A DNA stretch of 64,000 nt from the IMG/VR virus record IMGVR_UViG_3300022848_000777, positions 1-64,000 of that record, one strand, 5' to 3'. The DNA is from a virus. Both the position numbers and the translations under genes were made by a program. This document shows, one piece after another, positions 29,092 through 38,783 of the stretch; the first letter of the stretch is position 1; every line of letters starts with the position of its first letter. The notes under the pieces are model-generated. The model did not search any database, was not told the origin of the DNA, and saw nothing but the letters and a program-made list of their open reading frames with translations.

Positions 29092-31458
29092 ATGGCAATT
29101 GATTTAAATAAAGATTCTCAAAATCGTCTTAATGATATAAGGCAAGAGGAAGCACTACAGCAATCTCTTTCAAGTATACTATTAACTAAGATTGATGGGA
29201 TGAAACGATTATCAACCATACAGGTTCAAACCCTAAATTTAATGAAAGGTGAATCTGATTTAGCTTCTAAATTGAATATCATTCATCAACAAAAAGATGC
29301 GTTAATTTCAAAAAGCAATGGTAGCTTAACTGACAGGCAATTACTGATACTAAAGGAATTGGAGACTGCTGAAACGTTTCTTACTCAAGAACAAAAACGT
29401 AAGGATGTTATAATAAAGCAAGAAGAAGCTCAAAATAACTATTTAGAAAGTAGACGGGGTATATTCTTAAATATTCTTGGGGTTACTAGTGATATAGAAG
29501 AAGCGGTATTAAACGGATCTGTTAAGGCATTACTATTAAATAAATCATTCGAAAACATATCACATCAAGCTAGTCATATGATTACTAGTTTGCAAGATAG
29601 TGTAAAAGAGTTAGGGTTCTCCGTTGGAAGTGCAATAGAACTACAAGGTAACATAGAATCGGCTGGATTTAGTATGACTGGCTTATTATATGGATCAGAA
29701 GCAGTGGCGGCATCAGGAAAAGAAATTGCAGATAGGTACGGTAATGCATCTGCCGCAACTAGTGATTTAATTAAAGGTGTTACCCAACTTACTGCTTTAA
29801 CAGGCGATGCCGCATCCGCAGTAGAGTTAGCAGAAACCTTTAAATTCGCAGGTGTTGCTGCAACCGATGTTAGAAGTATTATTGAAGATATTGCATCTAA
29901 GGAAGGTATCTCAGCCAAACGAGCTATGGAAGGAATGGCAGACTCGATGAGTTTATTAGTTGGTAAATCAGAAGAACAATTAAAAACTATTATTAAATCC
30001 AATGCGGCATTAGTTAAACAGGGTACTAATTTAAAACAAATTGAAGATATCTCAAATAGTATGTTGGATATTGAAGGTAGTTTACGATCGGAAGCAAAAG
30101 CTAGAGTTTTTTTAGGTAGGGATATAAATGCTACAGCAGTTCGAACTGCATCTCTTGCACTTCAAACTGCGAGATCTGATGATGAGCGAGCAATAGCACG
30201 TGAGGGTATTACTGATGCTATTATGAAGGGTGTTGGTGGGATGGAGCAATTCGCCAATGCTACTATGAAAGAGAAGGATTTATTAGCAGCTAGTTATGGT
30301 ATGAGTCGTGATGATTTAACTGTTATGATGCAGAAGAAACAAGTTCAAGATGAATTAACTGAGAAGTATGGGGATCAAGCTGACTTATTCTCAAAATTAA
30401 AAAGTGGGTTAAAGTTAGTAGCTTTAGAAGCCAAGCATTTCGGATTAGAAATGGCTAAGAGTGTAGGACAAATTGCATTATTCAATGCTATGCAAGGAAA
30501 GAGTTCATTTTCAGGAATGAACCTCAGAGATAAGATTGGTAAAAAGGGTGGTAAATTCAATCCATTCAAAAGTCGGGGTGGTGGTAATGCACCAACTCCA
30601 GATATGCCTGATACATCTAAGACTTCTAAAAGTACAGGTGGTTTAACTAAATCAATATCAAAAATAAATACAAAAGCATTATTAAAAGGTGCAGCAGCAA
30701 TGGTAGTGGCATCAGCGGGAATATATATTTTCGCTAAGGCAGTTCAAGAACTTGAAAAAGTTGAGGATTGGATGGCTGTAGCCATTGGGTTAGGTGCTTT
30801 CGCCATCTCAATGGGTATCATCGGGTTGGTAGGTAAGTTTGCCAGCACTGGATTAATAGCATTATCCACAGGGCTTACGACCTTCGGATTAGCAATGATG
30901 GGCCCAGGTGGCCTTGCTTTAGCAGCACTTACATTGGCAGCGATTGGATTGGGATTCGCACTTGGACTGGCCGCACCAGGAATTGAAGCATTTGGTACTG
31001 TGATTGGCTCTGTTTTTTCTGGAATATCTTCGGTAATAACATCAGTGGCCGATGGTATATTTAAAATAATGGATGTAATTACTTTAGACAAAGCAGTTGC
31101 AATGTATGCATTGGGTGGTGGACTTTTAGCTATAGCAGGTGGGTTAACGGCAATGGGAATTGCTGGTCTTATATCAATGCCAGGAATATTAGCAATCACT
31201 ACATTATCAGCAGCATCATCGAGTTTAGGAAAATTGGCCGATTCATTCGGTTTCGGTGATGAAGATGATGATTCTTCAAATACTACTGAAAAAGAAACTA
31301 TAATTAAGACAGAAAACGTAGAACTATTACAAGAAATTAAAGGGTTACGAAATGATATAAAAACTCAGCCGATTGTACTTAATATTGATGGCAAGATGGT
31401 ATCTAAAATATCAAAAGTACAAAGTAGACAAGGTGTAAATGAACGATCATTTAAATAA
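29092..31458 (+). CDS. Tape measure protein
   Basis: Ala/Gly-rich helical protein with hydrophobic stretches; follows the tail chaperone; ends LNIDGK. Confidence 0.8.
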   Translation: MAIDLNKDSQNRLNDIRQEEALQQSLSSILLTKIDGMKRLSTIQVQTLNLMKGESDLASKLNIIHQQKDALISKSNGSLTDRQLLILKELETAETFLTQEQKRKDVIIKQEEAQNNYLESRRGIFLNILGVTSDIEEAVLNGSVKALLLNKSFENISHQASHMITSLQDSVKELGFSVGSAIELQGNIESAGFSMTGLLYGSEAVAASGKEIADRYGNASAATSDLIKGVTQLTALTGDAASAVELAETFKFAGVAATDVRSIIEDIASKEGISAKRAMEGMADSMSLLVGKSEEQLKTIIKSNAALVKQGTNLKQIEDISNSMLDIEGSLRSEAKARVFLGRDINATAVRTASLALQTARSDDERAIAREGITDAIMKGVGGMEQFANATMKEKDLLAASYGMSRDDLTVMMQKKQVQDELTEKYGDQADLFSKLKSGLKLVALEAKHFGLEMAKSVGQIALFNAMQGKSSFSGMNLRDKIGKKGGKFNPFKSRGGGNAPTPDMPDTSKTSKSTGGLTKSISKINTKALLKGAAAMVVASAGIYIFAKAVQELEKVEDWMAVAIGLGAFAISMGIIGLVGKFASTGLIALSTGLTTFGLAMMGPGGLALAALTLAAIGLGFALGLAAPGIEAFGTVIGSVFSGISSVITSVADGIFKIMDVITLDKAVAMYALGGGLLAIAGGLTAMGIAGLISMPGILAITTLSAASSSLGKLADSFGFGDEDDDSSNTTEKETIIKTENVELLQEIKGLRNDIKTQPIVLNIDGKMVSKISKVQSRQGVNERSFK

Positions 31459-31469
31459 CAGGAATAGCA

Positions 31470-34241
31470 ATGGGATTGAAAGACCTTAAATCAGATTTAT
31501 CAAAATTTAGAATACCAAAAAAAAGTAATTTGGTTGATAATGCTGTAGGTAATGTAAATAGTGTGTCTGATAAAACACCATTATCAAAGATGAGTGTTCC
31601 TAATATACCAAGATTTAATAATACATCAGATAAACAAGGTAAGGAAATATCTAAACTCAACAATGATGAAGTATTCAAAGGTGAGACATCGCCATCTAAA
31701 TTTGATAACGGCTCTAAATTCTTAGGTGAGACTACCCCTGATGTATTGGATAATAAACCTCAGTTTTTAGGTGAAACTAATACAAATCCATTAGGTAATG
31801 ATTCTAAATTCTTAGGTGAGGTAGATAAATCTCCGATTTCCAAAGATCCCAAATTTTTAGGTGAAACCGAAAAATCACCATTAGAAAACTCATCTCAATT
31901 CTTAGGTGAAACTGATGTCAATGGATTGGAAACTAATTCTCAATTCTTAGGAGAAACTGACACGAAGCAATTAGGTAATGATTCTCAATTCTTAGGTGAA
32001 ACTGAAAAATCACCACTAGAAAACTCATCTCAATTCTTAGGAGAAACTAATGTCAATGGATTAGAAAACTCATCTCAATTCTTAGGAGAAACTAATGTCA
32101 ATGGATTAGAAAATAATTCCCAATTCTTAGGTGAAACTGAAAAATCACCACTAGAAAATAATTCCCAATTCTTAGGTGAAACTGAAAAATCACCACTAGA
32201 AAATAATTCCCAATTCTTAGGTGAAACTGAAAAATCACCACTAGAAAATAATTCCCAATTTTTAGGAGAAACTGAAAAATCACCATTAGAAAACTCATCT
32301 CAATTCTTAGGGGAAACTGACACGAAGCAATTAGGTAATGATTCTCAATTCTTAGGAGAAACTAATGTCAATGGATTAGAAAATAATTCTCAATTCTTAG
32401 GAGAAACTGACACGAAGCAATTAGGTAATGATTCTCAATTCTTAGGTGAAACTGAACCAACTACTGTAAACTTCATAAGTGATATGCATGCAGAGGGGTT
32501 TACCCAAAATATAAAAGGAACTAAATATACAGGAATCAATAAAGTTGGTACAATATTTGACAGTACTAATTCATTATATTCTAATATAGACTCCAATTCT
32601 TTTACAGTAGGTAGTACTTATGAGACTAATTTCCGAAAGCTTGGTGGGCTAAATTCAGGTGAAACTGGTTTTGGATTAGGTAAATCCCATGCAAAGAGAA
32701 ATTCACCATCATACTTAGATGAGTTATATAATAGATATAATTTAAAAGATGATGCATATAATACACAATTTACATTATTTAAACATCCATTAATACTAAG
32801 AGGGATTCAACGTCGAGGTGTTAATAAAAAAGAACCGCAATTTTGGGGTACTAAATTACAAAAGGGTTCTGTTAATTTAATTAGAGGTGGGGCATTAGCA
32901 TCTACTGAAAGAGCGTTAGTTGATGTAGTAAGGATTTCAGGATGGTTGGCATCACCGCAGGGAGTATTATGGTCGACAATGCAGGTTGGATTACAACGAA
33001 CTAACAGATATGGAAAGCAGTGGACACCGTTAGGATTATTAGCAGCAGTTGGTGTTCAACATTTGGGATTAAAACCAGATAGAGCTGGAATATTACCATT
33101 CGCACCTAAACTATACAAATATGGTCAATTTGCTAATAGTGTAAATATATTAGGAACGGCTGGTCTCGGCCCTTTAGGTGTGGTGGTAAAGAAAACTCTT
33201 AGATATGAAGATATTATATCAATGTACCGAAAATTGGAATCTCAACCTGATAATCGTTATATGGCTTGGAAAAATGACAGAAGAGGTGGATTTGATTCTC
33301 TGTATGGTATTGGTCAGACTACAACAAATAGATTCACAAGCACATTTGGGAATGAAAAGAATACTGGAGTTGACAGTAGTATTGGATTAGATCCTCTAAA
33401 ATCCTATGAAACATTACCTCTTGATAAATTAGTAAAAAGTAACTCTAATAGATATAATGATTTCAGATTGAGCTTATCATTGGGGAATCAACACAGACAG
33501 TTGGCGCAGGATGCGGGCTATGATTTTCAGAAGATAAGAATCGGTTACGAGTCGCTACCGATTCTTAATTTAGATATCAATACAAGTAAAGGAATTTTAT
33601 TAGGAAATCCAGGTAAAGTTGATAAGGATTTGGTTAGTATATCTAAAACCACATCTGCAAAGTTATCCATTGATCGGGAACTGCATGATAGTTTAAACGC
33701 ATCAGATGTTTCAGCTAAAGAGCATAATGATTTAGTTAAATTTTGGATAAAAGCTGATGGTGGTGAGAGTGTTCAATTTAGAGGAACTATTAATGGTCTC
33801 AATGACACATTTTCTCCAGGATGGGATTCTTTTAAATATAACGGTCGTGCAGATCAATCATATAAATACAGTACATTCGAACGATCTGTAACTTTCAATT
33901 TTCAAGTATATGCAACATCCAGGGTTGAAATGAAACCGATTTGGAATAAAATAAATTACTTAGCAACGATGACTATGCCTAAATATGGTGGTTCTCCTGG
34001 ATATGAAGGTACGTTAGTTAATTTCACATTAGGTGATTTGTATAAAAAGAAATTAGCATTTGTGGAATCTCTGAATTACACTATGCCTGATGAATTACCT
34101 TGGGATATTAACCATGATGATAATTTAGCAGTAATACCAACGGGAATTGATGTAAACATATCCTTTAGAATATTAGATAATCTAAGACCTGAAATCGGCC
34201 AAAAAGTTTATGATGCTAATTTTATAACAACTTATTTATAA
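31470..34241 (+). CDS. Baseplate/tail-tube-initiator-like protein with an N-terminal 15-aa repeat array
   Basis: C-terminal QFRG.I..L.D.FSP.W....YNGRAD..Y.Y..FERSV.FNF; located between the tape measure and LysM-like genes. Confidence 0.6.
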   Translation: MGLKDLKSDLSKFRIPKKSNLVDNAVGNVNSVSDKTPLSKMSVPNIPRFNNTSDKQGKEISKLNNDEVFKGETSPSKFDNGSKFLGETTPDVLDNKPQFLGETNTNPLGNDSKFLGEVDKSPISKDPKFLGETEKSPLENSSQFLGETDVNGLETNSQFLGETDTKQLGNDSQFLGETEKSPLENSSQFLGETNVNGLENSSQFLGETNVNGLENNSQFLGETEKSPLENNSQFLGETEKSPLENNSQFLGETEKSPLENNSQFLGETEKSPLENSSQFLGETDTKQLGNDSQFLGETNVNGLENNSQFLGETDTKQLGNDSQFLGETEPTTVNFISDMHAEGFTQNIKGTKYTGINKVGTIFDSTNSLYSNIDSNSFTVGSTYETNFRKLGGLNSGETGFGLGKSHAKRNSPSYLDELYNRYNLKDDAYNTQFTLFKHPLILRGIQRRGVNKKEPQFWGTKLQKGSVNLIRGGALASTERALVDVVRISGWLASPQGVLWSTMQVGLQRTNRYGKQWTPLGLLAAVGVQHLGLKPDRAGILPFAPKLYKYGQFANSVNILGTAGLGPLGVVVKKTLRYEDIISMYRKLESQPDNRYMAWKNDRRGGFDSLYGIGQTTTNRFTSTFGNEKNTGVDSSIGLDPLKSYETLPLDKLVKSNSNRYNDFRLSLSLGNQHRQLAQDAGYDFQKIRIGYESLPILNLDINTSKGILLGNPGKVDKDLVSISKTTSAKLSIDRELHDSLNASDVSAKEHNDLVKFWIKADGGESVQFRGTINGLNDTFSPGWDSFKYNGRADQSYKYSTFERSVTFNFQVYATSRVEMKPIWNKINYLATMTMPKYGGSPGYEGTLVNFTLGDLYKKKLAFVESLNYTMPDELPWDINHDDNLAVIPTGIDVNISFRILDNLRPEIGQKVYDANFITTYL
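31666..32457 (+). repeat. Coding tandem array of about 18 x 45 nt (xxQFLGETxxxxLxN)
   Basis: 17 FLGE plus 1 FKGE at exact 15-aa spacing. Confidence 0.95.
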
Positions 34242-34245
34242 TCCA

Positions 34246-34542
34246 ATGAATAGATATGATAAAATACAAATTCGAAATACAGATAGAGGTAGACGATATA
34301 GATCTACCGTAAAGTACCCTATCATAAGAAATAAACCTACTGATATATACATCATCGGTAGAATTGGTGATAGGTTAGATAACCTATCATATATGTATTA
34401 TGGTGATACTCGATTCTGGTGGATTATAGCCAGAGCAAATAATATTGGTAAGGGTGACTTAAATGTGCCTAATGGAATCCAATTGAGAATACCACAAGAA
34501 CATCTTAGTGTAATCGATGAATATAATAAAATAAATTCATAA
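34246..34542 (+). CDS. LysM-like baseplate wedge protein (gp53/gpX-like)
   Basis: GDRLDNLS..YYGD...WWIIARAN...G.QLRIP motif. Confidence 0.85.
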   Translation: MNRYDKIQIRNTDRGRRYRSTVKYPIIRNKPTDIYIIGRIGDRLDNLSYMYYGDTRFWWIIARANNIGKGDLNVPNGIQLRIPQEHLSVIDEYNKINS

Positions 34543-34543
34543 T

Positions 34544-36604
34544 ATGAGCTTAAATTTTAATCCAGATTTTCCAAAAGATATAAGTTCTACTCTAAACAGT
34601 AGAGCTAGTAACGTGTCTAATCGGGAAAAGAATTGGAATTACAAAAAGTATGCTTGGGTTAATATATCCACTACAGGCAAAACAAAATCTATTATATGTA
34701 CTCAAAAAATGAGTATTGGTGATGGTAATATTAGATCGGGTGGAGCTGCATCATTATACACATCTGAGGGATCTGTAAGAAAATACAAACCAACTTTAAA
34801 TTCAGTTAATATATCCAATAATGCTGCTGGTGGTGATTATGTAGATGCATATTTATATGAAGTAGATGCATCATTTAAAGTATTTACATTGGTAGATTTA
34901 GAATTGGTAGAGCAATCCTTTTTCAGAATCGGTGCAGAAATGAAAGTGGAATTTGGGTGGAGAAATCGAACTAGTGATGGTGATAGTGGTGTAGTATACG
35001 CTAATATTTATAACTTTTCATACTCAATAGACAGTGATGGTGGTTATAATTGTGAAGTTAAGGCTATAAGCCCATCTGCTTTATGGCAATCTGATGAATT
35101 GGGTAGTACTGTTCCACCTATAGTTAATTATTTTGAAGATTTGGAAAACGAACTTAAAATTGCTTTTGGTGTTGAAGATTCAGATGACACCTTATCAGCT
35201 GCATCATCAGATGATGGCGCAGTATCAGATATAGGTGAAATGTCAGATGTATTACAATTAGAAAGAACTTACAAACCGAAATTCTTATATATTGTAATGG
35301 ATACTGCGCCATTTTATTCCTTATTTGGTGATGATACGTTTATAAAATATACAACATTAGGTACGTTAATTAGATATATTAATGATAAGCAATTAAAATT
35401 AACCATTGGTGGTGAGAATCCTGATTTTAAATATGAGACAACCAATGCTGGAGAGCCAGGTTCGGATTTCCCACAATTAGAAGAAATAGGTTCTGCCGAT
35501 CCTACTAAATTCATATTGCCAGGTATACAATCATCATATGGTAAACGATTTAAAGATGATGATCGGCAGACAAATATGGCATCTTGGCCTGAGAAACTAA
35601 CAGATGATGTTGATGTTTCGAGAATAGCATCAATAGCAGTTTCCATTGGGTATTGTAATAGGGTGTGGAATGATGCAGCAGAATCTGCTGAAACTAAAGG
35701 TGGCCTAAAGCAAAATCCCAAAATAAGTGAATTTTTTACTAAAATATTTGAAGAATTGGAATATTTAACGGGTGGTTTGTTAAGTTTGGGGTTTGTTCCT
35801 ACTGATAGTGATGGAAACCTACACACACAACTCAGTGATAGCACTGATACTATTATAATGAAGTTAATAAATAGAAAAAATGTTACAAATAAATCATTAT
35901 TTAATAAAAGCACTGTTTATGAATTTAAAACATTAGGTGATGATTCTATTTTAAAATCAGTTTCATTGGAAAGTAATTTTGATTCAGATTACATTATGAT
36001 GGCGAGTCGGAAATCACTGAGTGCTAATTCATCTAATTATAAAGCAGCACTTGGCATTTTTACATGCCCAGAACCAATCGAAACACTTACCACACCAAAT
36101 ACTGAATCTGAAAATGATAACACCACGGGTCAACGAAATATTAATAATTTTAATAATGGGCCAGGCTTAGTGAAAGATGTGAAGCTATCATTTGAAAAAC
36201 AAATAGGTGATTACAGTGCGGGTGATATACCAGCACCCCCAGTTGAGGTAAAAACATCAGCTACTAATTTGAGAGATATACGGCATAAATACGGACAATT
36301 GGGAATGGATGATTTCAATATAACATCATATGCAAATGCTTGCAAGAATCATATATTGCAAAACGCAAGAACTGATCGACAATTAAAAGAAAATAGATAT
36401 TCTGAAATCTTATTCACTCTTGATTTAGGAGTCACTATTGATGGTATTTGGGGAATTCCCTTACTATCACCGATAATTATAGATCGAATACCAACATCAT
36501 TTAAAAAGAAGGGTGTTAAGTTCTCAGTGATCGCGGCAGATCATGCATTCGATGGGCAGGGAAATTGGGATACTTCACTTAAAACTGTTATGAGGATAAT
36601 ATAA
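34544..36604 (+). CDS. Baseplate hub-like structural protein
   Basis: VEFGW, NFSYS...DGGY.C, GVTIDGI.G and W.T.L motifs; follows the LysM-like gene. Confidence 0.55.
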   Translation: MSLNFNPDFPKDISSTLNSRASNVSNREKNWNYKKYAWVNISTTGKTKSIICTQKMSIGDGNIRSGGAASLYTSEGSVRKYKPTLNSVNISNNAAGGDYVDAYLYEVDASFKVFTLVDLELVEQSFFRIGAEMKVEFGWRNRTSDGDSGVVYANIYNFSYSIDSDGGYNCEVKAISPSALWQSDELGSTVPPIVNYFEDLENELKIAFGVEDSDDTLSAASSDDGAVSDIGEMSDVLQLERTYKPKFLYIVMDTAPFYSLFGDDTFIKYTTLGTLIRYINDKQLKLTIGGENPDFKYETTNAGEPGSDFPQLEEIGSADPTKFILPGIQSSYGKRFKDDDRQTNMASWPEKLTDDVDVSRIASIAVSIGYCNRVWNDAAESAETKGGLKQNPKISEFFTKIFEELEYLTGGLLSLGFVPTDSDGNLHTQLSDSTDTIIMKLINRKNVTNKSLFNKSTVYEFKTLGDDSILKSVSLESNFDSDYIMMASRKSLSANSSNYKAALGIFTCPEPIETLTTPNTESENDNTTGQRNINNFNNGPGLVKDVKLSFEKQIGDYSAGDIPAPPVEVKTSATNLRDIRHKYGQLGMDDFNITSYANACKNHILQNARTDRQLKENRYSEILFTLDLGVTIDGIWGIPLLSPIIIDRIPTSFKKKGVKFSVIAADHAFDGQGNWDTSLKTVMRII

Positions 36605-37239
36605 TGGCTGATAATCGAAGAAGAGTATATTATACAAAAGATCAAATCACCGATGGGTTATTAACCGATGGTGAAGAATTTATGTCGACTAGTGGTATTG
36701 AGTACAAAGGTCAATATCATAAATATAGCACTGGAGAGGTATTCACAGAAGCAACCTATATAGATGGTAAATCATCAAAGTTGATTCCATATGTAGATTT
36801 GAATAATGATGTTACATCAATAAATGGAATTTCTATAGATTTAGGAAAATCATTTGAATATGATGGTATAAAAGAAATTGAGATACCATCATCTTCGATG
36901 CCTAATTCTTCAAAAAATAAACCAATAGATAGTGATTATTACAAAGGGTATGTTATTAGATATTTCGGTACAAAAGTAAATGAAGATCGTGTTATAGAAT
37001 TATCTGAAAAAGATTTTAAAAAAGTTGGTAAGTCAAATGGATTACCAAAACTACTTTGGAATTCATTCTTATTAAGATGGAAGGTATCGGGTCAAATTGA
37101 TGATATACTCAATCCAAATGGAACTATTAATCAACCTGGAGTTATATCCACAAATAAACGTACAATTGATTTACTATCAGAGGATTATCCGACATTAAGG
37201 GGTATTTTAACAAATCTAACTGAATTTTATCAACCGTAA
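36604..37239 (+). CDS. Baseplate-region hypothetical protein
   Basis: Coupled ORF with G.EYKGQYH and DY.KG...RYF motifs. Confidence 0.55.
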   Translation: MADNRRRVYYTKDQITDGLLTDGEEFMSTSGIEYKGQYHKYSTGEVFTEATYIDGKSSKLIPYVDLNNDVTSINGISIDLGKSFEYDGIKEIEIPSSSMPNSSKNKPIDSDYYKGYVIRYFGTKVNEDRVIELSEKDFKKVGKSNGLPKLLWNSFLLRWKVSGQIDDILNPNGTINQPGVISTNKRTIDLLSEDYPTLRGILTNLTEFYQP

Positions 37240-37241
37240 AT

Positions 37242-37271
37242 TTGGAATTTCATAAAGTAATTCGTATATTG
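37242..37271 (+). promoter_or_regulatory. Early/middle-type promoter TTGG-N19-TATATTG
   Basis: One of 7 copies with an identical 19-nt spacer. Confidence 0.75.
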
Positions 37272-37287
37272 TACCAAATCAAAAAGT

Positions 37288-37542
37288 ATGGATACTCCAA
37301 TTACAGAAAAAGATCAGCAAGAATTATACGAAAAATACGCCCCAGTTCCATTTCAACGTAGTTATTCCCGAAATTCATTACTTTTATTATTATCATTACC
37401 ATTAGTGTGGAATCCATTCCATCACTGCGAATGGCTTTATTGGAAATATGGTAAGGCTGATCGGTTACATAGAATATGTTGGACGTGTCGTAAGAAAGAA
37501 AAAAAACATCAAGGTGAGTGGGTAAAAGATCCAGTACTATGA
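37288..37542 (+). CDS. Small hypothetical protein
   Basis: First ORF behind the promoter; HxC and CxxC motifs. Confidence 0.5.
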   Translation: MDTPITEKDQQELYEKYAPVPFQRSYSRNSLLLLLSLPLVWNPFHHCEWLYWKYGKADRLHRICWTCRKKEKKHQGEWVKDPVL

Positions 37543-38783
37543 TTAACTATATAATGAGTGGTTCAATATCCACTACAAATGCATTTGTGTATCCATTGTG
37601 GATGAGTGATACTATACACTCAGCAGTAGTTGGGTTATCAATTATATACATATATGATTTGGATTCTGAAAAGGAATATATTATAAATATAAATCATATG
37701 GATTCTGATAAAACTACGTTAAATGATGTTCAGTTGGATATCGACACGGCTTTTATATACAATATGAAATCAGCATTAAACTCAGAACTTAGGTTTAATA
37801 ATATGTATGATGCTGATATGTTGAAGTACTTACAGAAAAACGAAAAGTTGATCGATGAATTTACAACAGCTCATACGTTTTTCCATAGGAAATTTAGAAA
37901 CCTACAATTGATAAATAATTATATACCGATTGTAAAGCATTTAGAATCAATACGTGAATCTTTAGATGATTTTTTGAAATTCTACGAAAATCGAGATGGT
38001 GAATTGTTAGAGAAATTTTCAAAGTATTACTGCAAATCACTGTACGGTGTGGAGTCTAATGGTATTATGACAACAACAGGGTTAGAATATACCCACTACA
38101 ACCCATATACTTTGACATCCAGACCATCAAATACATTTAATGGTACAAACTATGCGGCACTTAAAAAAGATGATGATACCCGTAGTAGATTCATTTCCAG
38201 ATTTGTAGATGGTAAACTGATTCAATTCGATTATGATGCATATCACGTTCGTATTATAGCTGAAATGATAGGGTTTGAATTACCAATCGATCAATCGGCT
38301 CATAAGATTTTGAAAGAATACTATGGTGATGTATCATATGGTGATGCAAAGGGTATCACATTTAGACAATTATACGGTGGCGTTGAAGATAAGTACGCAC
38401 ATATTCCATTCTATCAAAGAATTGAGAATTTCAAAGATATTCTTTGGGATGATTTTCAAAAAAATGGTTATATAGAAACTGAATTAGGTAGAAAAATGAA
38501 AAAAGAATACTATACTGATTTCAATAAGAATAAACTATTCAATTACTTATTACAATCGACTGAGACTGAAAAGAACCTACAGAAAGTTTTAGAAATAAAT
38601 AAACAATTAGAGGATTATAAATCTAAGTTAGTTTTATATACCTACGATTCATACTTATTTGATGTATCACCCGATGAAGCTGGTGTATTATCTAAATTGA
38701 AAATACTTATAGATGAGGGTAATTTCCCCAGTAAGATTGAAATAGGTGAAAATTATTCCAAAATGGAAAGTTTTAATAAATGA
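37518..38783 (+). CDS. Compact family-A DNA polymerase-like protein
   Basis: T.TSRPS, DYDAYHVR (motif A), KGITFRQLYG (motif B), NY.LQS and TYDS (motif C). Likely start 37539. Confidence 0.8.
   Translation: MGKRSSTMINYIMSGSISTTNAFVYPLWMSDTIHSAVVGLSIIYIYDLDSEKEYIININHMDSDKTTLNDVQLDIDTAFIYNMKSALNSELRFNNMYDADMLKYLQKNEKLIDEFTTAHTFFHRKFRNLQLINNYIPIVKHLESIRESLDDFLKFYENRDGELLEKFSKYYCKSLYGVESNGIMTTTGLEYTHYNPYTLTSRPSNTFNGTNYAALKKDDDTRSRFISRFVDGKLIQFDYDAYHVRIIAEMIGFELPIDQSAHKILKEYYGDVSYGDAKGITFRQLYGGVEDKYAHIPFYQRIENFKDILWDDFQKNGYIETELGRKMKKEYYTDFNKNKLFNYLLQSTETEKNLQKVLEINKQLEDYKSKLVLYTYDSYLFDVSPDEAGVLSKLKILIDEGNFPSKIEIGENYSKMESFNK

Noticed and set aside
31666-32457. CRISPR-like repeat/spacer appearance
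   Set aside because: The 45-nt period is in frame within a long ORF, the variable blocks recur, and variation in the constant part is mostly synonymous. No cas operon is present.
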